Shown one piece after another: positions 47,999 to 61,000 of a stretch of DNA of 64,000 nucleotides. How positions within the stretch are numbered: position 1 is the stretch's first letter; each line of letters begins with the position of its first letter. This DNA is from Lepidodermella squamata (lineage: Eukaryota; Animalia; Gastrotricha). The notes under the pieces were generated by a model that was given only the letters and a program-made list of their open reading frames with translations, made no database searches and was not told the DNA's origin. The stretch spans positions 1,240,001-1,304,000 of the forward strand of contig JBLDXI010000012.1 of assembly GCA_047495785.1 (NCBI GenBank). Reading direction: 5' to 3'. The position numbers and the translations under genes were made by a program.

Positions 47999-50970
47999 CG
48001 AATTCCGATCTATCCGAAAATCGTCGTAGATTATCATTGTAAATTATTATTTTTCTAAACAGAAAAAGCTTATAATTAGCAGGTCTGATGCAATTAGAAC
48101 ATGAGACTGATACCGATCGATTCACTCCTTCACTATATGGTGAAAATTCGCGGTTCATGAAGCCGACGTCATTATTAGCGTAAATTAAATGAAATATGAA
48201 GCGAGGGGGGTAGAGCATCATGTGATTATTGAAATGCATCTTCCGAATGAAAACAAAATTACGCTACGAAATTTGATTTGCTTGAAAAATTTTGTTTCTC
48301 AGAAATATGTCATGATCCAAAATATAAATTGGAGACACCGAAAAATTCCCAGAATGAATGGCGGAAATTTATTAATGGGAAAATTATTAAAAAATCCGGA
48401 ATATTGCTAAATAGCAATCATCGATAATGTAAACAATAATAAAAGCCAGTTCTGGGGTGTGAAAATGTTGCGCGTAGGCTGGCTAGAGTTGTATGCAAAA
48501 AGCTGTTGGTACTGTATGCAAAAAAATCCTTACTTATACTGTTATTAATACCCTACGCGTCCCTTTGGGGTTTTTCCGCGCGCGTTAAAATGTGGCTATT
48601 TTCGCTCATTTTTTCATTACTAATGCGATTTGTGATTGGCTATTCAAATATAAACCGATTTTTATTCATGGCTTCGCCATGATGACGTGCGCGTTAGGAA
48701 ACAATCTCTACATATATAGGTTTTTGAGCCTTAAAATTTGTCAGCAGCTATATATCGTGCTTATGTGGACACGATAATATACGCCCTTTGGTTCGCAAAA
48801 CAAATTAGGTGTAAAAATACATTATTTATGATAATCGTCATCGTCAGACGCGTGCTGAAGGTCATCCTCAAGAGGCGACGGCCACTATAAGTATTGAGAT
48901 GTAGCTTCCGCACGATTTTTCGCCGTGTGATACGTTTTACGCGCGGTCCATTGTTCGAAATGAATTTTTCTGACAGGAATAAAAAGCAAAACAAAACGCG
49001 CTATGAGCGGCCCACTCATGACTAATAACACCCCTCCCTCTAGCCTCCCCCAATAAAATCCGAAAAAGCTTCCAATAAATTTTTTAAAAATTTATTAAAA
49101 TTCTTTTGCCATATGCCAAGTGGGCGTATCGTGAATAAAGATAACATGTTGATTCTAATAAAAATTCCAAAGCTCAATAAAATTTTAGACAAGAATTGCG
49201 ATGGTTGAAGCAACATATTTTGAGACCCAGAATAAACTGTAACACTAGACGAACTTGAGGTTTTCTTGGCGCTAAGGAAGCACTTATAGGTAACAAAAAA
49301 CTTAGATCACGACTGAACCTCTGAATTTCCGGGTTTTATATAGCTCGGTCGACCTTAACGCTCTATGAATCATAGTGTAATATTTACACGAATTTTATTG
49401 CACGGAACAATAGATGAGGGGAGTTTTTTGCTGCCACGCACACCTGGAGCGACAAAATCGAACGCGCAGCTACTTATATAGATAATCAAATGCAGGTGCA
49501 TATCACAAATTTATATATCTGTAATTTAATATCGAATCTTGAGGAAGAGTGAATGAAATTTATACGCATTTCCGGTAGCAACCTGCCAATATTCAATATC
49601 GGATGTTCACATCACATTGTTAGAGAGCTCATTCGTTCCAATAAATTACGTCAGTAACGTAGGAGTATCGCTATTTAGGATGGACGCGGAAATTTTAAAT
49701 AATAATTGTTTAGTGACCCCTCTATAAAGCGTGGCGGGATATTGAATGTTAAACTATTCACCTGCGGGGTACATTTTATTAGAGAAGCGCATAAGTTGAG
49801 AGGTATTTATTTAATTTGCGAGTTCTAGATTCCAATAGAACACCCACGGTCTTGAGTAATTCCGCTCTGAAAAGTCTAGACAATGAAGTTTTCGACTCAG
49901 CCTTATAGGTGAAATCGATTTTACGCCCAGTATGATCACATTAACCACGCCAGAAAGTGTTGTTTTTATAGACGGTCCATATATACATATTTTCATTTCA
50001 TATCTCCTTATTTTCCCTGCCATTCATGTCGCTTTCCTACGCTTGCTCAGACATTGGTAGTGAAGGGTAAATACTTTTTTAAGTTGTTTTGACTTTCGTC
50101 GAGCTTAAAAGCTCAGACAAATATTAAGGCGGAATGCGGTGCTGCCGGCTTTGACGACGGATGCGTGGAGCGTCTCTTTTTTTAGCTACATCAAGTGCGC
50201 ACTTGCAAGTGAGGACGAAACGGTAAAGTGTTCACAAAACACACCTTTCGTCCGTGAACTTGGAATTGAAAACAACAAATCCGGCAAAATGTCATCCAAA
50301 TAATAAACAAAGCAATTAGTGAAAGCGTTTCATCACAAAGCATTCTTGAAATGTCCGCGACAGAACAACTTGCAACCAAATGTCAGAGATTACGAGATGA
50401 AACCGGCGACTCTGCGGCTTAGTTTTCTGTTCAGTATCTAAGATGCGATTCATGAATATGAGAGAAGAAAACAATCAAGGTACAATCAAGAAATAATCCG
50501 CCTTAATCTGTATGCGCGTTCCGAAATTGTAATACGAAGTCGTGAAATGAGAGAGCATATAATTATTAGGTAAGAGCGAAGGCTGCTTGAACCTCTACAA
50601 GACTGCGGCCCAACAAAATTAATCCCTTGTTTCTAAGCCTGTCTCCAGAATTATGTTAACTACACCTTTTCCATTTTTTCATAACAAGTTTTAGCAGAGC
50701 CCGAATTCATTATTTTTCCATTTTATTTCATCTTTCTGTTTTCAATGAAAAAAATGGAAAAAATTGAAACGCTTCGCGTTCTGCCGATCTCCAAGAACGT
50801 ATGTCAAAATTGTTTTGAAGTAAATGAATACGCAAATAAAAAGGTGTACCTATTTTACTACAGTTCAGCGTTCAGCTATTGCATATTATATAACAAATGC
50901 ATAAGAAAATTCATGGATCAGGTATCAAATCTGGATTCTTCCCTTTTTGGCGGTTTATAGTTCGTATAAC

Positions 50971-51172
50971 TTCGGAGACTACTAGCAACTTGTGGTTTCC
51001 AGAGTTGTTACAGTCGTTTAATTATGGATCCTCATTATTTGTAAGAGGTTCGGTTATAGCAGGTTCCTTTGCTTTTTTAACAGTAGATGGAGTAACATCC
51101 TACTAATTAGGATCCATGATTAAACGACTATGGCAACTCTGGAAACCACAAGTTGCTAGTGCGGTCTCCGAA
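50971..51172. repeat. Fold-back element: ~62-bp inverted arms with a 76-nt spacer (MITE or hairpin RNA)
   Basis: Arms at 50971-51032 and 51109-51172 are reverse complements with about five substitutions and one small indel. Confidence 0.85.
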
Positions 51173-51527
51173 CTTGAAGTTCGAAGCCTTTTTTAGCTCT
51201 TTTTTATTAACATTTCAGCTGAGGGTGGCCCGAGATTGCTGCGACAAGTTTGAAACTCTGGAAAAGCATAGCTTTGATTAGCGATTCTAAAAATCAGAAA
51301 ACTCAATAAATTCGGGTCTTGCACTATTGATTTCCACAGCTGGAAACAAGCCGGAGTTTCACATATCAGAATTGGATTCGTTGAGCTTTAACTTTGTTCA
51401 ATGAGAGCAATTGGTTTTTGGTGGCGAAGCAAGGTACCTTGCTAAGTCGAAGGTTGTGGAAGAAGGCTAGGTTCATCTCTCGCAGCCGAAATAAATCTGT
51501 AAAAACGAATCTAGTAAAGATACTTGC

Positions 51528-51858
51528 TAAGATAATCGGTAGGACCACGGTAGAGACCCGAAGGTTCTCCTATGGGATTCCTCTCGCAGCCTGGGACCTC
51601 CACACCCATCTCCGTTTAGTTCAATGTTGTGAACATTTTAAGCACAGGGGCCCCGACAGCCCCGCCAAGGCAGGAGACGACGGTCACTTGTAAACCGAGA
51701 CCGAACTTGAAAATTTCTCTCACCTATGTGAGAACCGAGGCGTTACGCGACCCAACATTTGCCGTAAAAAATACGTTGCCCGTTACCGACAAGGGGAGGC
51801 TGCTGGTGTCACTTGAACCGCGGTCGGCTCCACGATTCCTGTGGTAAGATAATCGGTA
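51528..51858 (-). mobile_element. 303-bp SINE-like insert (51542-51844) flanked by a 14-bp target-site duplication
   Basis: TAAGATAATCGGTA occurs at 51528-51541 and 51845-51858. The insert is GC-rich and structured, with a 3' GAGA(A)CC-TTCG-GGTCTC hairpin. Confidence 0.8.
51752..51848 (-). ncRNA. HDV-like self-cleaving ribozyme at the 5' end of the SINE-like insert
   Basis: Minus strand: P2 CCAGCA / P3 GCC / L3 TCCCCTT / P3' GTC / P1' GGTAAC / P1.1 GG / GCAA / P4 CGTA-TTTTT-TACG / G-C-AAA / P2' TGTTGG. The order and the junction nucleotides match the genomic HDV ribozyme. The candidate catalytic C is at 51761. Confidence 0.75.
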
Positions 51859-54800
51859 AGATTTTTGCCACGAGCCAGTTCCGAATAGAGCTGAATGAAG
51901 AAAGTTCGAACTGAGCCCTCATTACTCATATCAATCAAACATATAGCTCTTATTCCCACAACTATAGATTACAATTCCTGCTTTCTTTCAACTTCAACAT
52001 GAACATTTAGATCAGCAGCATATCGCCCTACTTTTTCTCGCTTCTCAATCAACATTTTGGCTGTTTTTACTGTGATTACTCGCCTCTAGCCTTAATTATC
52101 CGCCACTGAGGCAAAATTTCAATTTCAACTTCCGAACGAGGGTATTGCGTTATTATTCCAAATGATGATGTCGACGATGATGAGATGCATTTCGCGTTAT
52201 ATTTATTATTCATGTCGAACGAAAAACGTGTCGCTGTTATATTCACGCTCACCTTCACACGCGCTCTCACAGCAGCAGCAGCGGTATAGGCATACAGAGC
52301 GGAAATGCTTTTCGGTTGTTCGGTTGAAATGTTTTCAAATCATACATACTATAAAGAGGCGAAGTAATGTTTATTTGTAATTATTTAGCCAGGTATTCTA
52401 ATTTGTTGTTTCGACGTCGTTTTATTTACTGCAATTTGGCGCCTGCTGCGCTTGCTGCGCGCTTTTAGCTCAGATTCGCGCGCTAAAATGCGATTCGCGC
52501 GTGTTGTGCCGCTCAACGCCTCTCCGCCTCAATTAGTCTACGCCAAAAGTCAAAATCAAGGGTTTTCATAAAAATTCTGGAAGCGCGTATTTTTGCTGTT
52601 TTTTTTCAAAATCCAGGCCTATTTATTTTGCGCAGTTAATAATAGCACATTTTAATATTTAATTCGGAATCAAAAATTATCAGACAGTTTTAAATACAAT
52701 TAGCAGGTTAATTGGTCGACCCAGGGACCGATCGCCACGCATTTTCAGTAAAATTTTGTTGATATTTACGCACAGGCACGCACTTGCTGGTCATGTTTTA
52801 ATAAATTATCACAGGTGCGCTTCGACTTTTTCACTAAATTTCCGGCAAAATTTTTCATTTTTGCATCACCAGGCATGCGAAGTCTATAATAATCTGCGTA
52901 ACGACTATAGCACCTATATACTTATGCATTGGGGGTGTATAAAAATCTGCTACAATAGTCTAGATTTTCGAGATTTTGATTGCAAAATTTTTGTCGTGCT
53001 CACTTGGGATCTCGCATGAAAATTGCGCGCACTTTGCCGCACCCCTCGCGCACCTGCGCCTGAAAACATCTGCAGTTTTCATAGGTATTATAATTATTGC
53101 CCGTATCAGAAAAAACTTTGAAAACGCTAATAACGCGCATACCTTTTGTCAAGTGCGTATATATAACGCTGCGATATTTATTTTTCACGCGGGCGGAAAT
53201 TTTATCTAGAACTCGATAATACAAGTTTGAACAACAAACTAGTATATATATCTTCATTCGCTCTTTTTGCGGCTTGTGTATTGCGAGTTTGAAAACACTT
53301 GACAACATCAGAGGGAGCGAAAGCAACAACTGTTTCATGGAGTGCTTACAGCGATACAAGTTGATATCGTAATAACAATATTAGTAATTTTATTATCGTT
53401 TTTCGTCTCGTTTTTCCGCGCGCGCACAAGGACACGCGCGCGTTCAATGCGCGCAACTCGGTGCAGAAAATAATAATATATCCATATCTTGTTTCGCGCT
53501 TTGAGCCGAGAAATTTATATTAATACTCATTGCTTACAAAGTTAAGAAGAAATGCGCGCCTTTATAGCGATATAGCCTATTTATTGTAGTAGATAGGATG
53601 GCTTTTTGTTTTTGTGTACGTGAGATCGCCGCGCGAGCGCCGCCTTTTCATGCTGCTGGTGGCTATTCGCCGGCGTGTTTTTTGTTAAACAACTCCATTA
53701 CTAAAAGTCCGTCTCTCTTTTCCCAGGACAGCTATGTATTTCGGATACATTTATTCAAAAGTGACAGCCATTTATTATTATTATCATTATTTTTATTTAT
53801 TGGCACGTAAAATGCCGAGACGGCGAAAAAAACGGAATATATATCTGCGCTTGATGATGATGATAGATATATTATATACAACATGTTAAATGCATTATTT
53901 TTGCAGTCAACGCGATCGCCGTATTACGGCGACCACTGAGGTCGCGCCGCTAAGAGCAACCAAACATGTAATTTTTACCCGCCAAAATGTGTTGTCTAAT
54001 ACTGCTGGCACTGCTTGGTACTTCTTGGTGGCGAGTATTTTTGGCGCGCGCGCGCGTCAGTGTTGACGCACTCGCTTTTTGCACAAGCGCGCGCGACGGG
54101 TAATCATATACCAGAAATGAGAAGATGATGATGATCGTCATTATCTTTGCGCCACGTCCGCATGTCTCACACGAAAATAACATCGTCATCACGCATTTTT
54201 CGCAATCTATCATCTACTGCGCTGGGAGCATCTTCATCACCCACAGTGCATATGACACATCATGTAAATAATGGCTTTTTTCCGATCACTATACGCGCCA
54301 TGTCTCACATTTCATCAGTTTCTAATGAAAAATATTTCTACCTTATTTCCATTAGTGTCAACGGAAATCCATGCCTAGATATCGTTTTATTTTGCTTGTA
54401 GACTGAGAGTGGACGTAAGGCCTAGAAGTGAAATCCGAGAATTTTAAACCCATAAATAGGAAATGAAATAACTTTTTGATGCGCACGCAGAGGCTTGAAA
54501 CCTGTCCCAGTCGATCGAATTCAAGTATTAACAGTACTAATTGAAGCATTGCTGTCATCATATGGTTTCTTAATATTATATACCCCGCAAGTTTTGAACA
54601 CATCTCAAGTTTACCACGTGATTAGTTTTTGTTAACCATTTTGGAGAATTTTTTGCTCCATTTAAGATGAAATTTAAAATGTGCGAGACATATTTTTTAT
54701 AAATTCATTATGAATCAGCATAATTAATTAGAAATTTTTTATAAAATTAGTGAGATTCATCGGTTAAGGCATCAACTAAATTTTCTGTCTATTTTATTTT

Positions 54801-57800
54801 CGGATTCTGAAATTATTAATAGGTTATTTTTTTCAATACCGAATTCCGATGAAAATTCCTAAGTTAACGTCTTAATTTGGTACGGCGACAAAACAGCAAA
54901 TTTTTAATTTCGCGACAAAACAGCTAAAACTTACTATGTAAAAGATGCATCGTGTTTCTGCTGTTATGTCGCGGTTGATTTTAGGGGTATTTGCGACGTT
55001 AATTCGCAACCTGTTTGTAAAACGATAATTATTGCATTGTTTATGATCAAATTTCAAATTTCGAGTCTTAAAATCGTGATATTTACCGGCGATTTACCCT
55101 ATATCTAACTTAATTTAAATCGGCTTGCTTGTTTTTTTCATGCCTCACTGTAAAATTGGCTAGAAGTCACGAGCTGGCGAAAAATTAACAACAACAACGC
55201 GTGCTTATTTCCTCGTATTATAGCTGCTGCTGCCGCGTTTAAAAATGGGCTGCAATACGCGCTGGTGGCGGTGGTGGTTGTGTTTGCGCAAAAATGACGC
55301 GCAAAATACTCGCTCTAGACATCATCCGTATAAGAGACAGGCAGCGAGTGATGACCATTTTTCAACAAAACACTCCGTTAATGCGGTTATTATGATTATA
55401 TGATTATTATTTTTCCTGTATATATATATATAGTTTTATTTTTGCAAGATGCATGCATATACCTATTACTAATATTATATGTACAACAACAACAACTAAC
55501 AAAACAATGTTACCGCTGCTCTGTCATGTTATATGAGCACTTGTTAAATAGCGAAAAATTATCCGTGTATAAAATAACCATCAGCAGACAGATCTGTCTG
55601 TTTTGTTCCGCAACATTCAAGCGCAGAGCCGTTTACCACTCAAGCCTGTATAAGTGGATGGCTGCTTATCTTCGTCCAACCTTATACTTAATCATCTTTG
55701 TAATTATTTTCATAATGATGCGCTTATATTTTTAATTATATATAACCGGAAAATGTTGAGTTGGATTTTTCATTATACGAAATATTCTGATTATCATCTT
55801 TATTATTATTTTTATTTATCACACCAAAAAAGGCAGCTAACAAAAACAAAACACTTGTTTTTTAGATGTTGAAAAAAAGTCCACCGGAGTTTCTCGAGTG
55901 GTGCGGCCGTTGATTGTAGAATAGCGCGCGAGCGTGATATGGTGTTTAAAAATTAGTATTTTTATACGCGCAAAAGCGCGGCCACCTTAATATAACGCGC
56001 GCGGTCATTATCGTTATATCCATCATCGAAAACCACCATCATCATCAACTCAAGTTGTCGTCGCGTATAGCATACGAACAGAGGCACGCAACAACAACGA
56101 AGCAAGATGATAATAAAATAATAATAATTGCGCACATATTTATCGCACCATCTAGCCCCCATCATCCGCGCTACTCACTTGGCGCGTAGAGCAGAGAGAG
56201 AGACAGGCGCCGCGCTTCATAATACACATCATCATCGCTATCTTGCATGTTGTACGCTGAGATTTTTGCGGCTGCCGCGACTAAGAACTCGGCAAAGTGG
56301 CCACAGCAACAAATAACAAATAACACAACAAGTCCATGTGTCCTATTATCCTATCATTCGATGCGCCAAGTAGTGAGTAATAATAATAAATAATAACAAA
56401 AACCACCTAGTTCAATATCCTCGCTTAATACATGTACTCTTATTTAAAATCCGTAAATCCAATTACTAGATTAGTTCAAAAATGCCAAAAGTCGTTTTTC
56501 GATTGGAAGCGGAAATGAATTTTCCGAACGCACTCGAATTATGTAGGTCAAATCTCACCTGTTGATTTTATTTCCGAAGAAAACAACTCTTATACCATAG
56601 CTATTTGTTTCGCGTTGAAGCTTCTATATTATTATAATGTTATATCGATCATCAGCGTTAACGCCCGTGGCCACAAAGCAAGCGTTTTTTTTCGCTCGCG
56701 CAATATCATTTTACATTTTTTTTGCGAGGTTCGAAAAAACAAAGCGAACGCTGCGTTCGGATTGTTACATTTTATTATGTTCTCATGCCGCGATTTATTA
56801 AGCGTTTTTTTCCCGCAGCAGACATGTTAATCGAACACACCGTGTTGCAGTTCGTACACACCTTGGTATCTGGCTAGTAGTAATAAACTGTTCCTCATGG
56901 CGCGAATATAGAATGAGCGGCGTGTCCATCAGCTTTTTTGTTCGCAGACAGGATGATTGATGATTGAAACCACCGGCCGCGCGTGAATTAGACAGATGGA
57001 GAGTCATAAGTCAAAAAGTCAGCATTCAGCTGATGCGATTTTTTACTATACTACAGGGTGCGCGCAATAACAAATAAACACATTACGAAAAGGTATATTA
57101 CGCTAGAAAAATCGAGGCTAGATTTTTGCGTATATACTTCATTGTTTTTATTTTAGCATATCGAAAATCGCCCTTTCAGCCTCGGAGAGCGTTGTTATTA
57201 TTTACGCCTAAAAATATTGCTCGAGCGCCCAAGTTATTATCCCGCGCTTTTATTATAGTTATATCCTGGAAGGAATAATGCACCCAATCGGCGCACCGAA
57301 AATTTGTTTGCATTTAGGTTTATTTCTTTCGGGTTTTTTGCTTGTATAGGAAATAAAAATCAATGTTTTTCGAGAGCAAGGCAAAAATGCAAATTGAACC
57401 CTGGACGCTTAGTCGGCACCTGCGCGTGCGCTTGATTTTTTGACGCTTTCTTTATAGCCATTAATTTACGGTAATACATTTGAATTTAAAGTGCAAAAAA
57501 CCAATAAATAAAATGACATTACCATTACATCAACAATAGAGGAAACTTCGTTTTTTTTCACTCGTGTTCTTGCGCGGTGCCTGTGCGATATACTAATAAT
57601 ATCAACCCGGAAGGCAAGATAATTGTTTTTCCGCCGTCTGTTCGGCAGAAAAATTAGTGCTCTATTACTTTGTTATTATTTCTTACGTCGCATTGTGTTT
57701 AACAGACAACGAGAAAACGGCCGACTAATTTCCGGCGATTCGTCGCAATTTCCTTCCGTTTTTACATATTATATAATAGTGATTCGTCGTCGAACTCTGT

Positions 57801-58056
57801 GCGTCTCTCTTGTGAGCGCCTCGGCAAACCTCTCGATAATACATTTTTTGTAAGCGCACGACCCTCTCATTCTTGGTTCTCAGTTAGATTAGTTTTTTGC
57901 CGCACTACAACATGTGTGTATGACGCGAAACCTCATTACTTTTTCCTCTTTATAGACGCTTTTCTTGTTATTTTTTCTTCTCGATTCGACCGGAGGCGAG
58001 ACAACGAGCAAATCATGGTGTTTGGTTTTTTGAATTTCGGCTGATTTCTCGCCATC

Positions 58057-61000
58057 ATGCTGGAGGCTATGTACCGTGTTGGCGCGACGCGGCGCATCGC
58101 GTTATGCCAGTCGCCCTTCTCCAGCGAGCCGCCCTACCTCGCCGGCAATTTTACAGACGACGAACTAGCATCACCGCCCGACGACTGGGTAGCACCTGAC
58201 GGCTCCGACGGCTCGGTACCATCTTCACTGTGGTCCGTTATGGACCCAAATGCAGGCGTTGCGACGGGTATTACCGCGGTGGAACCCGACCTGGAACCGC
58301 CGGCGATTTGCGTCACGCAGGAGATGTTGGACGTGCTGGAGGCGTCGATTCAACCGCGCGGTTGGGTTCTAGTGATAATGGCGGCTTTTGCTATCGTATT
58401 CGTTGTCGGTGTTATTGGCAATATTTTAGTATGCATCGCCATTGCCAAGTACAAATTTGTGCGTTCGGTGACGGCGGTTTTCATCGCAAGCCTCGCGATA
58501 AGCGACATCAATGTACTGCTCATTTGTCTACCGGTGACTGTTATCGACGATGTTTATCACACCTGGTATTGGGTAAGTGCATAAATACTCTCTAAAAATT
58601 ATTCTCAAATTAAAGCAAAAATAGTATAGTGAAAGCCCAAATAGCGATGAAAGACAGTTTATTCTGTTGATGTAGATCAAACGTCATACATTGAAAAGCT
58701 TTTATTTGAGATATCCATAGGTAAATACGAAGAGATTATTAATTATCGTGCACCCAATAAAACAGGGTGATCCGAATTTTAGAAATTGAACAAAAAATTA
58801 CAGGTAAAACAGAAGGAGAAAATGAAATTCAACATGTATGTGACAGTGCACACCCTAAAATTAAAGTTCCAGCATCAAAATTCCAAAAATATGGGGTTTC
58901 AAGTTTTTATTCTCAATTTCACTTTTTTTAATATTGAATTGTTTGATGGCTGATAGATTATTTACCCTCTAGGCTAATTTTTGGCTACGCTAATTTGGGG
59001 TCGGTTAACAATTTGTGCATCAATTTGCAGAGCCGAGATCGATTTGCCGAGATCGATTTGACTTTAGAAATTCTTTCTCTCGATGTCTCGAAGTCTCGAA
59101 GTCAAATTTAAAAAATTGTACATACCTGAAGGTCACATGAAAAATACTAAAATAAAGAATCCTAGTAATATAAAGTGAAAGAAAGAAAAATTTGAAAAGG
59201 CAAAAATTCTGAAAAATCGCGAAAAACCTCAAGCGTTGCAAAATTTTGAAACCATTTAAAATTTTGTTGAACCTCTCGATTGAAGTAAAAATAGGTTTGA
59301 GAATTTGAATTTGACCGTTAAAAAGTAAAAAATGGGGTTTGGCGTATTTTCTGTATTTTCCAGCAATTCGCATAAGCGTGTTGACTTGAAGAGAAACGAA
59401 TCTTAGATTCCTTGTTGTTCCTACTAAGCTTTTCTTGAGGATTTTGAAATTCCAAAATTCAGACCTCTTGGAGGCTCCCGTCCACCGCAAAAGACGGGAG
59501 ACCCCAAAGTGACGCCGAAAAGGCTTATCGATTTAGGTTGACGCGGAAGCACTAGCTTGATTCCATAAATCTTTTGACTATCTTGCAAGATTCCTCACCT
59601 CAGATTACCCCCAAAAACATCGAATTCGCATGAGAAAATAACACCAGAATTTAGTGCGCGGCAAATAATATTTGCAATAAAAACTAAAATTTTTAAGCGC
59701 GCATTTTCACCCGTGAACTTGGAAGCCGATTTGCTCAGCAACCCTGATGACTATCAACATATTTTTGATATCGTTCGGCTACTTGTTCCTTGATCTTGAA
59801 AAAGGCATCAAAATCTCAAAATTTCGCCAAACCCCTTTTTTCATTTGTTAACGGTGAAATTACATGAGCTCTCTTGCATTTCGGATATGAATAATGATTT
59901 TTAATATATCAAGTTGGATTTTTTTAGCAATTTAATTTTCGTTGACACCTGGAGTTTCCGGATAGATTTTAGAACTACTTGATTGGTTTAGGTAGGCGTG
60001 TCAATATTTTTAGATAATTCCGGAAAGAAATTTATAGGCGCCTCTACTAAAATAAAGAAATTATTCACGATTATGATGCGATTTAATTTCTTTTAGGGCA
60101 CAACTACGTGTAAGACGATCAAATTTTTCCAACAACTGTTCGTGTTCGTGACCATCCTAACGCTGGCGATGCTGGCGGCCGAGCGGTACGCCACGATTTG
60201 CTACTACTCATACGGCCGAGGGTGTCGCAACTACCGCAAGAGGCGCAAGTGCCGCGACGCCGTCGGCATAGTCGTCGCCGTTTGGATAATATCGGCGTTG
60301 TTGGCGCTGCCGGAGGTCTTCCGCGTCACCGCCGTGCCGGTTTTCGCTGATTCGCCGCTGCTCACTAGCTGCCAATCGGAGTGGCCCGTGCTATCCGATT
60401 TCATCCTGCAACTTTTCTACTTTGCATTTTTGTTCATACTCCCACTCGGCGTTATCGGCTTTTGCTACTACAAAATCGTCCGGGCATTGTCGGGCGGTCG
60501 TAATTCGGAATCAGACCAGGGCGATGCAACGCCCGCGCTACCTCCCCTGCCCGCCGACCAGTCGTGCCCGTCCCTCATGGTCCCATCCGGTATGTTTCCG
60601 ACCCGGTCGCGAAGTTCGTCAGCTCATCGTAAAGAAACGAAAATCAGCCAACTACAATCGGACTACTCCGAGCCAAATTTGAATAATAATAATAATGGGA
60701 CATCACACGTGAATCATCACAGCCATCAGCTGTTGAGTTCAACGGCGAATAACAGCCGCAATGCCTCTATTTCGCTAGCCCCGCTTCCTAATGCTGTGAC
60801 TTGCAGTAGCAATTTGGCGGATGGGGCTGGCGAGAACGGGAAATTGGCTGATATGCCGTCGGCGCAGCTGCGACAGCGGTGGCGGTTGACGAAAATGCTG
60901 ATCACAATCGTTATCCTGTTCCTCGTCAGTTATCTACCTGTCTACATTTACCTTCTTACTCAGTAAGCATTTTTCTATTTAAAAACTTTTTTAATTTTTT

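Noticed and set aside
51808-51822. Pol III B-box-like GGTTCAAG in the SINE-like insert (tRNA-derived head or 7SL)
   Set aside because: No A-box or cloverleaf and no SRP motifs. The segment is better explained as the J1/2 hairpin of the HDV-like fold.
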